From a virus (taxonomy: Duplodnaviria; Caudoviricetes): a stretch of 64,000 bases of DNA. Positions within the stretch are counted from its first letter, which is position 1. Every line of letters starts with the position of its first letter. The notes beneath the pieces are model-generated. The model had not been told where the DNA came from, made no database searches, and saw only the letters and a list, made by a program, of their open reading frames with translations. Shown here in pieces: positions 39,205 to 47,929 of the stretch. The stretch lies in IMG/VR virus record IMGVR_UViG_3300020037_003256, positions 155,271 to 219,270 of that record; one strand, given 5' to 3'. Made by a program: the position numbers and the translations under genes.

Positions 39205-39352
39205 GCCTTGTGCAATGCGGATTATCACTTGCTTGGTTTACAAGTGAACACCGCACCGCACAAGGCGATACGCAATTAAGGCCTGAGTCGTTTAAGTATG
39301 GCAGCCAACTGTACGGACGACACCACACCGGGTCGGTATACAATTAGCTGCC
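39205..39352 (-). ncRNA. Structured intergenic RNA (two long hairpins; element A)
   Basis: 15-bp stem 39300-39352 and 16+8-bp stem 39205-39266. All irregular pairs are G-U on the minus strand only. Confidence 0.65.
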
Positions 39353-39355
39353 TAA

Positions 39356-39760
39356 CTATTTTGGTTTTCGACTCTTTGACTGTTTGGGTACCTCAGAACG
39401 GTACGGAGCAAGGAACGTAGTTACGACGTCGGTAATAACAGTATCTGGAGATGCTGGGTTGAGCTGTTTGAACATACGTTTCAAATCAACCTCAAATCCG
39501 GCAATTAAGAGCGGCACTATACCCATTGCCGCGTCTTCTTCAGTAATCGAATCAAGTTGCAGCTTTGCTACCCGTATACCTCGGACAGCTGCAGCTACAG
39601 AACGCCGTTTCATGGCATACTGGATCTCGTCCTCGACGGTCCCTACGGCTGTAGCTATGAGTGCGTTTATCGCCGTATCTAGCCTATCACCGCAGTCTTC
39701 AAGCGTTAGCGGATTGACAAATCCGTTAACAACCGGTGCCTGTGTTTCTGCTACTTCCAT
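39356..39760 (-). CDS. Hypothetical protein
   Basis: GGAG SD. Confidence 0.65.
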   Translation of the reverse strand: MEVAETQAPVVNGFVNPLTLEDCGDRLDTAINALIATAVGTVEDEIQYAMKRRSVAAAVRGIRVAKLQLDSITEEDAAMGIVPLLIAGFEVDLKRMFKQLNPASPDTVITDVVTTFLAPYRSEVPKQSKSRKPK

Positions 39761-39769
39761 GGATACTCC

Positions 39770-39793
39770 ATTTTAAAAAACGTTTTTTAGACT
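39770..39793 (-). promoter_or_regulatory. Conserved 24-bp dyad motif, copy 4
   Basis: attttaaaaaacgttttttagact; overlaps the upstream stop. Confidence 0.75.
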
Positions 39794-40590
39794 TCGTCCG
39801 GCACACGCATGGCCCGGTCTATTTGTTGCTGTAGCGACTCTTCTAGCTGTGCCAGGCGATCTTGCGACTTGTCGTAGCTTCGTCGCGCGAGCTTCACAAG
39901 TTGTTTGGCGTCATATCGTAAACGTTTCACATGCAATAACTCTTTCATCAATACCGTTGCTTCGTCTTCGCGTCGTGGGTGATCCATAAGCAAACGATGC
40001 AGTACGTTAATCAGATGTTGCAAAGTTTCTTCTTGCTTGGCTGGATCGATCGGCACCTTGCGCGGTATTACGAAGGCGGCACGTAACATAGTTTGAAAAT
40101 TACCCAGCGCTTTCATAATATGTCGCGAAAAGAAACCTCGCTCTTCCGTGACGTTGAAACGGGGTAGGACCGTAGTAAACGGTCTTCCAACTACGTCGGA
40201 GTCGGGCTCTATGATACCGATTAACCGTATTACCCGAACGCGTACTGCGTCTTCATAAACACGGTAGACATCACTACACACGCACAACGTACTACCCTTC
40301 ATGAATACCCCCCAACCTGTACCGCACCCTGCCGTCAGGTGGTACAGGCCAGGACCATCGAACTGCGGGTCCGTACAGACCTCTGGTGCGGTAACGCCCC
40401 AGTCACGCGACCGAAGCCCGGACATCTGCGTAAGTGTGGCTACGTATACCTCTTTTGGCGAAATCGGATTTACGATTTTTGTGAGATCTATTTTTCCCCA
40501 AGTATGTCCGTATTTGCGGGCCATGGCCTGCGCAATTACGAATGCGGTATAGTTTACGGCGGGATCGAATAGGGTCGTAGTCGTTTGCAT
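39787..40590 (-). CDS. Hypothetical protein
   Basis: 267-aa ORF with GGAG SD. Confidence 0.65.
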   Translation of the reverse strand: MQTTTTLFDPAVNYTAFVIAQAMARKYGHTWGKIDLTKIVNPISPKEVYVATLTQMSGLRSRDWGVTAPEVCTDPQFDGPGLYHLTAGCGTGWGVFMKGSTLCVCSDVYRVYEDAVRVRVIRLIGIIEPDSDVVGRPFTTVLPRFNVTEERGFFSRHIMKALGNFQTMLRAAFVIPRKVPIDPAKQEETLQHLINVLHRLLMDHPRREDEATVLMKELLHVKRLRYDAKQLVKLARRSYDKSQDRLAQLEESLQQQIDRAMRVPDEV

Positions 40591-40619
40591 AGTGTACTCC
40601 AGTATTAGAGATTAACGTG

Positions 40620-42158
40620 TTAAGAGAAGAGATTGTTTACAACAGCGCTCCAGGCCCTTGGTCCTGAAGCGACCGGCATGGGTAACCATTGTGGATGCTT
40701 GAGACTGCTGTATAGACAAGCCGCGGCCAAAGATTTCAGCCAAGGCGTCGGTACCAAGTCGCTGACATTAACCATGTACGGAATGTCGTGTTTTTTCGGA
40801 CCGGTAGTGAAGTAGATGACATTGGAACCCAGCTCAACTTCGAACTGCCCAGAAAGATGCGAGCTTAGAAGCGATCGCATCTTTTCGATCTGCATTCTAA
40901 CAGCTGTGCCACAGAATGCAGGGAACACCGCCGAGACAGGATCTGGTCGTTCTGCGACGGTATCCCACGGACCAAGTAAATGTGCCCGAATAGCTACGTT
41001 AACGAGCAGATCGAGTTGGGCCTCGTTGAAACGCGATACTGGGGTATCGTCCGACAGGCGCTGCTGGTAAAAAGACCGCACGGCGTTTCGCAGTTTCGTT
41101 AAAGTATCGTCTTGTATTTGTACTGCGGCAGTTTTTATAAAGAGATCAAACGCCGCTCCAACTACGCCTTGTGCTTTGGTTTGCTTAGCAAAGTCGCTCT
41201 CTATCTCCTTGCTCGCTTTTTTGCGTGTTTCCCGCTCTGCAATATCTGTGAGTGTGGCCCGCTCATCCATACCGCGGTGAAACACCGGCATAGGTTTATC
41301 TGGTTCGCTTACGGCGTATATACGTCTCGCTGCTCCGAGTACACCGTAGATCTGACACAGTAACTTGCTTGCGTCACCCGCCAAGTGACAAGCAAGGCTA
41401 GCTCTATCGAAACAACCTTCCTGCATATCCATGGTGGAGTCTACGGCCAACATATGTTCCGTGTGGTATAGACGCAACCTAAAATTGTCGGGGTGGTTTC
41501 GCACAAACTCGGCTACTTTATTGTCTAGGTCTTGCACGACGTAATCAACTTCATCCGCGTTAATGTTATAGCGTTTACAGAAACTGCCACCGGTGCTACC
41601 CACGATAAGGTGCCGTAAAACTCTCGATGGCTCGGGGTGTTGTATTTCTCGCTTATCTCCTTGATCTATCATTGCCACGTTGCCTTTACGCATTTTCGCA
41701 GCGACTGCACTGCTCATGCGTATCATGGCGTGCCCTGCGGCAGACACACCACCCAGCTCCGCATTTACGTAACTGTTGTCGTAGGCTTCCACTAAATTAT
41801 CATCAACCATGTAGCACATTGCATCATGGTACAGTTCTGCTGTGGCCCCATGCCCTAACAGGTAAACACAGCTTTGCTGGAATGCGTAGATCGTACCTTT
41901 TCCGTACACAATAGCTCTTGCTCGATTCGCCAGACGTACTACCGCATTACCTTGCACGTACACGGTGCTAGTGCCCGTGGCAATTACGGTAACTCTACCA
42001 CTAGCTTCAACTACACCATTTCCACCTACGTGCACCGTTCCGCCCGTCGCATTGAATATATTGCCTTGCCCCAATACGACCTCTTCACCTGCGGCAATAG
42101 CCGCATCAAGTTCGGTCTGGGAGTACACTATTTTCAAGTCGTCTCGTACGTCATCCAT
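40620..42158 (-). CDS. Protein with N-terminal beta-helix-like repeats
   Basis: About 8-residue V.A.G.(S/A) periodicity over roughly the first 150 aa. Confidence 0.65.
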   Translation of the reverse strand: MDDVRDDLKIVYSQTELDAAIAAGEEVVLGQGNIFNATGGTVHVGGNGVVEASGRVTVIATGTSTVYVQGNAVVRLANRARAIVYGKGTIYAFQQSCVYLLGHGATAELYHDAMCYMVDDNLVEAYDNSYVNAELGGVSAAGHAMIRMSSAVAAKMRKGNVAMIDQGDKREIQHPEPSRVLRHLIVGSTGGSFCKRYNINADEVDYVVQDLDNKVAEFVRNHPDNFRLRLYHTEHMLAVDSTMDMQEGCFDRASLACHLAGDASKLLCQIYGVLGAARRIYAVSEPDKPMPVFHRGMDERATLTDIAERETRKKASKEIESDFAKQTKAQGVVGAAFDLFIKTAAVQIQDDTLTKLRNAVRSFYQQRLSDDTPVSRFNEAQLDLLVNVAIRAHLLGPWDTVAERPDPVSAVFPAFCGTAVRMQIEKMRSLLSSHLSGQFEVELGSNVIYFTTGPKKHDIPYMVNVSDLVPTPWLKSLAAACLYSSLKHPQWLPMPVASGPRAWSAVVNNLFS

Positions 42159-42513
42159 TTCTGTGCTCCTTGCTGATGTCGGATAAGAGGGCGGAAAATG
42201 CAGGATCTATACTTGTCTGCACTAGGACGTAATCGTCTAGGTACAGCTCTTTCGCTTCCGCGATCGCATTTCGCATTGCCTCATCACACTTCTTCACAAT
42301 GACATCAGGCTTATCCCGACGCACGAATGCGAGTAGAAATGTGTTGTGCGAACCAGGACGATCGAACTCAGCTACAGCGTATTCGCTTTTGTATTTTTTG
42401 GCTAAAGCGTTTACTGCTTTACAGTAGACTTCCCGATAACTATGAAGACCGGGAGGAATAGCTTCGCCGTCGCTAAATCCGTACTTGCTCCATAGCTCTG
42501 GCCAGAATTGCAT
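42151..42513 (-). CDS. Hypothetical protein
   Basis: Start reassigned to MQFWPELW (AAGGT SD), downstream of a terminator. Confidence 0.6.
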   Translation of the reverse strand: MQFWPELWSKYGFSDGEAIPPGLHSYREVYCKAVNALAKKYKSEYAVAEFDRPGSHNTFLLAFVRRDKPDVIVKKCDEAMRNAIAEAKELYLDDYVLVQTSIDPAFSALLSDISKEHRNG

Positions 42514-42538
42514 ATAGCACCTTTTAACGGGATAACAT

Positions 42539-42566
42539 GTAAAGAAAAGCACGGTATAACCGTGCT
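42539..42566 (-). terminator. Intrinsic terminator ending RNA element B
   Basis: AGCACGG-TTATA-CCGTGCT followed by TTTCTTTAC. Confidence 0.75.
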
Positions 42567-42586
42567 CAAAAGTTTTAAACACCAAA

Positions 42587-42654
42587 CGCTTTATGCGGTG
42601 CGGATAGTGCTTGGAAGACCCAAGACTACACCGCACCGCATAAAGCGATACGCA
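42587..42654 (-). ncRNA. Structured RNA element B, homologous to element A
   Basis: Perfect 17-bp stem cgctttatgcggtgcgg/ccgcaccgcataaagcg; shares TGCGTATCGC leader and core with 39205-39274. Confidence 0.65.
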
Positions 42655-42657
42655 TTA

Positions 42658-43494
42658 CTACTTAGTCGTGACGTCGATTACTTTGACGTCTTTAAGTTTT
42701 TCAACTTCGACGTGCGTAATTGCGTTACGTATGACAACCGCGGACACCATCAGAGTTATCAAGATCGTCCAGACTGCAAACAAAGCGGCAGATTCCAGCA
42801 TAAAAGCGGAAGCCAAAGACAGTACTAGAATAAATACGGCGCTCATTGCAGTACGTGTTTCCGTCCATAACTCTGCGGTAACGGCTGAAAACAACTTCGT
42901 TTCAATTGCCCGCTTAATTGCAGGCCCGACCATCAGTAAGACCATATAACTACCGGCTAACAGCTGAAGGATCGCCGATGGTTGCATGGAAGTAGTTAAG
43001 GCAAACACCAACGTAAGTATCGCAGGTAAAGCCAGAACCGCACCTAAGGCGATCTTCGATACACGGCCTTTAATCATGTCCGTTGCGTAGGCGGACTTTA
43101 GCAACTCGTTCACGTGATCTTCCGACACAGGCGACACAGGATTAGTAGCCGTTTGGCTCGGTGCGACTGGCGGTACAGGCATAGAGGTTTTGACAGTTTC
43201 CACGAATTTCTCCTTTTCAATTTTTTCTACGAACTTGTTGAACTCTTCCACAATGTATTGTTTTCCGTCAAATTGCGTTGCCAACCATTCCCGGGGCGTA
43301 ACAACATAGCTCGGATCTTGTGACAGCATATGATCCTTGTAGGCGACTTCCCATTGTTCTGCCGTAGCTTCGGCCACTAATGCAATTACCGAACCCTGCT
43401 GTCCGTCTGCACTGAATTTGTAAAGGTACATATCTGGAGCTGCGATGTCGTCTTGGATACCGATTGGGCCATTGTTGATGATGGTAGCGCTCAT
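42658..43494 (-). CDS. Membrane protein
   Basis: Four hydrophobic segments in the C-terminal half. Confidence 0.7.
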   Translation of the reverse strand: MSATIINNGPIGIQDDIAAPDMYLYKFSADGQQGSVIALVAEATAEQWEVAYKDHMLSQDPSYVVTPREWLATQFDGKQYIVEEFNKFVEKIEKEKFVETVKTSMPVPPVAPSQTATNPVSPVSEDHVNELLKSAYATDMIKGRVSKIALGAVLALPAILTLVFALTTSMQPSAILQLLAGSYMVLLMVGPAIKRAIETKLFSAVTAELWTETRTAMSAVFILVLSLASAFMLESAALFAVWTILITLMVSAVVIRNAITHVEVEKLKDVKVIDVTTK

Positions 43495-43554
43495 AGTTTT
43501 CTCTCTTCTTGATTAGTCAGGTTAAGAATCGGATAGTAAACAGGTGTAATTAAA

Positions 43555-43653
43555 TCACTTGGTTTTGCTTGCTTGATACATGGCGATCAAGTTAGCTAGT
43601 TGTTGCTTTAACTGTGTCACGATCGATTCGACGGCGGTCAGGCGGTTTTCCAT
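43555..43653 (-). CDS. Small coiled-coil peptide (32 aa, not in ORF track)
   Basis: MENRLTAVESIVTQLKQQLANLIAMYQASKTK with GGAGG SD. Confidence 0.5.
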   Translation of the reverse strand: MENRLTAVESIVTQLKQQLANLIAMYQASKTK

Positions 43654-43655
43654 GA

Positions 43656-44024
43656 CTACCTCCAAAACTTCTTAAGTCGCCCAAACATTGTCAGATTAGG
43701 CTTATTCTCTGCGTGTTCCACTAGTTCCGGTTGTTTTGGTTGTTCTATTACCGCAACGACACTTTCCGTTGCACGTGATTCTAATTCCGCGACTCTGGCC
43801 ATCATGGCGTTATTCACGATCTTCTGTGCTTCCGGTTCGGTCCAAAAGCATAAGAAGCTTTCGCCTACGGCAGGCGCCCAGGTCGGCTTTGTCGCCCCGG
43901 GGCGTATGAACGTCCGGCATTCTTCGAAAGAATTACAGGTCTTTACGAATTCGGCATATTCACGTGCCGTCTGCATCTGCCAAGCCGTATAAGCATCCCA
44001 ATCAATACGTTCTGCGTGCGTCAT
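43656..44024 (-). CDS. Hypothetical protein
   Basis: Start MTHAERID with GGGAG SD. Confidence 0.6.
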   Translation of the reverse strand: MTHAERIDWDAYTAWQMQTAREYAEFVKTCNSFEECRTFIRPGATKPTWAPAVGESFLCFWTEPEAQKIVNNAMMARVAELESRATESVVAVIEQPKQPELVEHAENKPNLTMFGRLKKFWR

Positions 44025-44062
44025 AACATTCTCCCTACTTGTTTCGTGTTTTAAGGTAATAA

Positions 44063-44431
44063 TCATTTTCCACGCATCCAACTCACTATCTTCCGGAACA
44101 CACCACGACTGCTTTTCTTCTGCTTTTCCGCTTTCACCAGTTTCTCTAAAAGACCTCCACGTTGTTCGAGCAGGTCTTGGCGGTAGTTTGCAGCGCCGGT
44201 CATCGCCGGCAGATTAAGCACGTCCAATCGTTCGATCGTAGCCGTAAGCCGGGCGATCTCGGCTTCGTCGCTATACACATAGACGTTAAACGCAGACCAG
44301 TCGCAGTCTGCCAGTTGATCCAGAAAGAAGTACTTGGAATGTAGGAAAACTAACTCATCCACCTTTTGGCACTTGTCCAGTTCTTTCCTGAAAGCGTCAA
44401 TCAACGATTCGACAGTAATGTCGGTATTCAT
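44063..44431 (-). CDS. Hypothetical protein
   Basis: Start MNTDITV with GGAG SD. Confidence 0.6.
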   Translation of the reverse strand: MNTDITVESLIDAFRKELDKCQKVDELVFLHSKYFFLDQLADCDWSAFNVYVYSDEAEIARLTATIERLDVLNLPAMTGAANYRQDLLEQRGGLLEKLVKAEKQKKSSRGVFRKIVSWMRGK

Positions 44432-44502
44432 AGGAAACTCCAATAAGGCAATAGGCCTAGGACGTAGGGTAATAAAGACTAAAAGCTAGCCTTTAACTCA
44501 TG

Positions 44503-44540
44503 TATTATGACGCGTTTTAGGGGGTTATTTAGGCAAGAAA
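44503..44540 (-). promoter_or_regulatory. Candidate promoter for the small-gene block
   Basis: -10-like CATAAT (cgcgtCATAATac) in the intergenic gap ahead of the block; -35 spacing is non-canonical. Confidence 0.3.
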
Positions 44541-44544
44541 GGGG

Positions 44545-44568
44545 CCTGGTAATAGGCCTATTACCAGG
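44545..44568. repeat. Perfect 24-bp palindrome
   Basis: cctggtaataggcctattaccagg, flanked by gttttagggg direct repeats at 44514 and 44584. Confidence 0.9.
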
Positions 44569-44593
44569 GTGATTTAAAGGGGTGTTTTAGGGG

Positions 44594-44914
44594 TCAAAAG
44601 GTCAATTGTTGGGCCTTATTCCGGCTATCCTTGTAGATGATCCGTACAGACTGGGCATTTAGCATATCTTTCAGCTTCCGCTTCTTGGTGGAGTCCATTG
44701 AAGCCAAAGCCTGCTTTACCTGTTGGTAGGTGCTAGTCCTGGCCTGCCCTGCCCGTCCACAACTACCACACCCAGCCCTTTGAGGTGATTTGGCCAATTT
44801 GGCTATGGGGGCCAATACAGGGAACTCCGCGGTAAAAACAGGGTTAACGGCCAGAGAGGCTAAAAGCCCGTCTTCTAGGACCACCATTGTACGCTTCAAA
44901 GGGGCGTCAGCCAT
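44594..44914 (-). CDS. Hypothetical protein (GCGSCG)
   Basis: 106-aa ORF with AGGAG SD. Confidence 0.65.
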   Translation of the reverse strand: MADAPLKRTMVVLEDGLLASLAVNPVFTAEFPVLAPIAKLAKSPQRAGCGSCGRAGQARTSTYQQVKQALASMDSTKKRKLKDMLNAQSVRIIYKDSRNKAQQLTF

Positions 44915-44923
44915 GTCTATCTC

Positions 44924-45385
44924 CTAGTTAACTGAAAGTGAGCTGCTTTCAGAGTTGGGGGTATCGTCGGGTGTGCCAACCGTCAGCTCGACCACGGGTA
45001 CTAACTGTTCCATACGGTCTAAAATACGAAGCAACAAGGTCACCTCAGTTACAATCAAAGTCCAGGCCTCGTCCGCCTGCTCGACAGCGCGGAAGTCTAG
45101 TTCAACCACGTCAGAACGGAATATCGGATAGGGCGTATTTGAGTTCGGTTCGCCAATAGGGTATTCCGCCATGTCCACGGGACTGGCAACGGTTAGGAAG
45201 TCTGCCGTAGGGGTGTTATTGTGCGGGTCTAGCGGTCGCATGTTGAACAAGAAGACGTGAGGGTCCGCACCGCTGTTATTAGCGTCCCGAGCTTCAACTC
45301 GCAGGCGGAACGCTCCCAGGTACTGGAAATTGACTGCAGTTAGCTGACTTTTTGTTAAGGTTAGCTGGCGACCCATCCGTGGCAC
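44924..45385 (-). CDS. Hypothetical protein, possibly structural
   Basis: 153-aa ORF. Confidence 0.65.
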   Translation of the reverse strand: MPRMGRQLTLTKSQLTAVNFQYLGAFRLRVEARDANNSGADPHVFLFNMRPLDPHNNTPTADFLTVASPVDMAEYPIGEPNSNTPYPIFRSDVVELDFRAVEQADEAWTLIVTEVTLLLRILDRMEQLVPVVELTVGTPDDTPNSESSSLSVN

Positions 45386-45425
45386 CCCCTAGTGAAGATA
45401 CTCCATAATACACCCTGGTAAGGCC

Positions 45426-47414
45426 TTAAGCCCAGGGGAAATCCTCGGAGTAACCGCGGCGAGGTGCATCGCTCCAGGCAATAATGGCCTTTTCAGGCTT
45501 GGGTGAGAAGTTGACTACTTTGTAGCCTGCCTGCGTTACTTGGCAGCCTATGGTAATGTCACCACCGTTGTGGTTTAGGCGGATATCCGGGATATCAGCT
45601 TCTCGCATGACGTGGGTAGCCAGTGCCCAGAAACCACCAGAAGCAAACACAATCTGGCTACCGTTCGTGGCCAGACGTTGTCCGCTTCCTGTGTACAGAT
45701 TACGTCCACGCCACCACGACGCTTGTTTAAACCACTGTTCCCGTAATGCGCCTACACGTTTAACCGTCATCAGGTCGTGATAGTGCCAGGCCCCATACAG
45801 TCTGCCTTGTTGCGGGTGATTCGCTTTTATGGCTTCTGCTAGCTGTACCATCCAATTAGCTTTACGACACCAACTGTCGTCATCGAACCAGCACAGATAC
45901 GGTGTGACAATAGGTAGCTCTTCGTCCCAAAACATCTCTCGCATTGCCGGATATTTACGACGAGATTCTGTATCTACGTAGAGCTTACTGACTAACGGCC
46001 CAAGGCTCTTTGCGTAAGAAAGAACCCGGGCTGATGGCTGATTTAAGGCTATCCGCAGATCGTATCTGTGCCTTGGGCACGTATCTGTTATGGATTGAAT
46101 GCACCGTTCTAGCAGGCCTAGGTTGTCCGCATGGCCCAGAACAAATAACGTGAATTTGCCGCCTATGTACGGATGATCCAGAAGCGCAAAGTCTGGAGTC
46201 TCGTCTACTCGGGGTTCTACCTGTTTCGGAAACACCGTATTCCATTGCTTGTTCCATACGCCTAACTTAGGTGCAGGCCCTAGCGTAGATAAGGGTTTCT
46301 TCTGCGCTGGCTGTGCAGGTGAGGGTGCCGGTTCAGGTTCTGATTCTGGTTCGGTAGGCTGCACGGGTTCTACAACTGGTAACGGATAATGCTTTTTCAC
46401 GGCTCCAATCGGAGGCAGAATTCCCTTTTCGTAATAGTTCATGACGGCCTCAATGACATGCTCGGGTGTTATCATACGCATACATTCAGGAAGGGCCTGC
46501 TGCCCAACCGTTACAGGTCTACGGCATAGTCCATCGGCGTTCGCAGGTAGCGTGTCTGCCACGGTGATTGGAACCGTTTTTGTTCGCCAGCATCCGCGGT
46601 CCAGGTTGCGGATACCGCAATCAAGCAATCCGATCGTGTGAAGATACGTGTGTTCTACTGCTACAGGTTTACATGTCTCGCCGAAAGACGTAGGGAAGAA
46701 GCAGTTCGTATAAGACTCCCACCAAGGGGCTTCGCGTCCACCTGCGATAACAACACACGGTTTATCGTAAACTGCGGCTATGTGCATGGCTGCCGTGATA
46801 CCGCAGATCACACCTTCGGCTCCCGCTATGAGCGAGAACAGCCTACGCTCGCTTCCGCGATCACCTACGAACTGTTCCACGTTATCTAGCCGCGGGTGGA
46901 AATGATTTTTGAAATCTCCGATGGCTTGAATACAGCGAATACCCATCTTTCCTAAAGTAGATACGACGTGTTGCCAGTATGCTGCGGACCAGACCTTAAC
47001 AGTCATATCTAGTTTGCCGCCTGCTACCACAACCCAGTATCGTCCTTCCGGTTTTGTTTGCGATTCTTTCGGTGTAAGGTGAATATCGCCTTTCGGTTCT
47101 GTAACAGGCACACGTATGCCAGTGATCGTCTCGAAACTATGGTGGAACCAACTCAAGAAGTGCTTTCTGAGCCCACCGTTGTTACACTTCGATATACCCC
47201 TTGCGTACTCTACTTCGACTAGTTGTCCTTTGGTGTCAGGAGTAGTCTTTTGGCAGTACGGGTTATTTATCCACGCGACGTTGCTGTAATGCCCGCCGAC
47301 ATGAATATCGTATTGGCCGGGATACGCTCGCTGTATATCGCGTACAAGCGCTGAGAGACATATCGTGTCACCCAATGCCCAGTGGTTATGTAGGATAAGC
47401 GTATGCTTTTTCAT
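45426..47414 (-). CDS. Fused glycosyltransferase (GT9/heptosyltransferase-like plus GT-A/GT2-like)
   Basis: ALGDTICLSALVRDI, K.WS, GITAAMHIAAVYDKPCVVI and CMRMITPEHV; Pro-rich linker; WFDDDSW DxD motif. Confidence 0.82.
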   Translation of the reverse strand: MKKHTLILHNHWALGDTICLSALVRDIQRAYPGQYDIHVGGHYSNVAWINNPYCQKTTPDTKGQLVEVEYARGISKCNNGGLRKHFLSWFHHSFETITGIRVPVTEPKGDIHLTPKESQTKPEGRYWVVVAGGKLDMTVKVWSAAYWQHVVSTLGKMGIRCIQAIGDFKNHFHPRLDNVEQFVGDRGSERRLFSLIAGAEGVICGITAAMHIAAVYDKPCVVIAGGREAPWWESYTNCFFPTSFGETCKPVAVEHTYLHTIGLLDCGIRNLDRGCWRTKTVPITVADTLPANADGLCRRPVTVGQQALPECMRMITPEHVIEAVMNYYEKGILPPIGAVKKHYPLPVVEPVQPTEPESEPEPAPSPAQPAQKKPLSTLGPAPKLGVWNKQWNTVFPKQVEPRVDETPDFALLDHPYIGGKFTLFVLGHADNLGLLERCIQSITDTCPRHRYDLRIALNQPSARVLSYAKSLGPLVSKLYVDTESRRKYPAMREMFWDEELPIVTPYLCWFDDDSWCRKANWMVQLAEAIKANHPQQGRLYGAWHYHDLMTVKRVGALREQWFKQASWWRGRNLYTGSGQRLATNGSQIVFASGGFWALATHVMREADIPDIRLNHNGGDITIGCQVTQAGYKVVNFSPKPEKAIIAWSDAPRRGYSEDFPWA

Positions 47415-47929
47415 AGTTGTACTGCGGCCAGTGTGTGTACCAGTTTGAAGGGTCGCGATAATCGCCAAGTATCAACAGCTGCCTTGACGCCAGGAAAGCC
47501 AACATGACCGTAGTCATGAAACAGCAGTAAGCCGTCTGGTTTAATCAGTGGGGCCACTACGCGGATGTTAGACATAACCGCATCGTACGTATGCTCCCCG
47601 TCAATTAACGCTAAGTCAAAGCTGTGTGGTTGGATTAGCGGGCAGGCAGCTTCTGCCGTTGCCACGATCGTAATCACCTTGTCTTCTACGCCATGAGAGT
47701 ACACGTTCTCGCGAAACGTCGGAAAAGTGTCGCGGTTTCGCGTTACCTCGCAACGGTCGAAAGGATCGATAGCCACGACACGCTTGGCAACCTTGGCCAT
47801 AATAATGGTGCTAAGCCCCTTGAACGATCCAATCTCTACCACATGTTTACCGATAGCTAATCGTTGCAGCTCTTCGCCTTCCAGCGGATGCATCCAACCA
47901 GCTACGTGTTCTGGGAACGTGAATTCCAT
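47411..47929 (-). CDS. Class I SAM methyltransferase (Methyltransf_24-like)
   Basis: VVEIGSFKGLST, IDPF, LIDGEHTY and FHDY...GVKAAV. Confidence 0.88.
   Translation of the reverse strand: MEFTFPEHVAGWMHPLEGEELQRLAIGKHVVEIGSFKGLSTIIMAKVAKRVVAIDPFDRCEVTRNRDTFPTFRENVYSHGVEDKVITIVATAEAACPLIQPHSFDLALIDGEHTYDAVMSNIRVVAPLIKPDGLLLFHDYGHVGFPGVKAAVDTWRLSRPFKLVHTLAAVQL

Noticed and set aside
39140-39352. tmRNA, SRP, 6S or tRNA identity for the structured region
   Set aside because: No T-arm/CCA end, no SRP GGAA-loop motif, and no single rod with central bubble.
42514-42636. N-terminal extension of ORF 42151..42636
   Set aside because: It runs through the RNA hairpin and terminator; a better start with SD lies at 42513.
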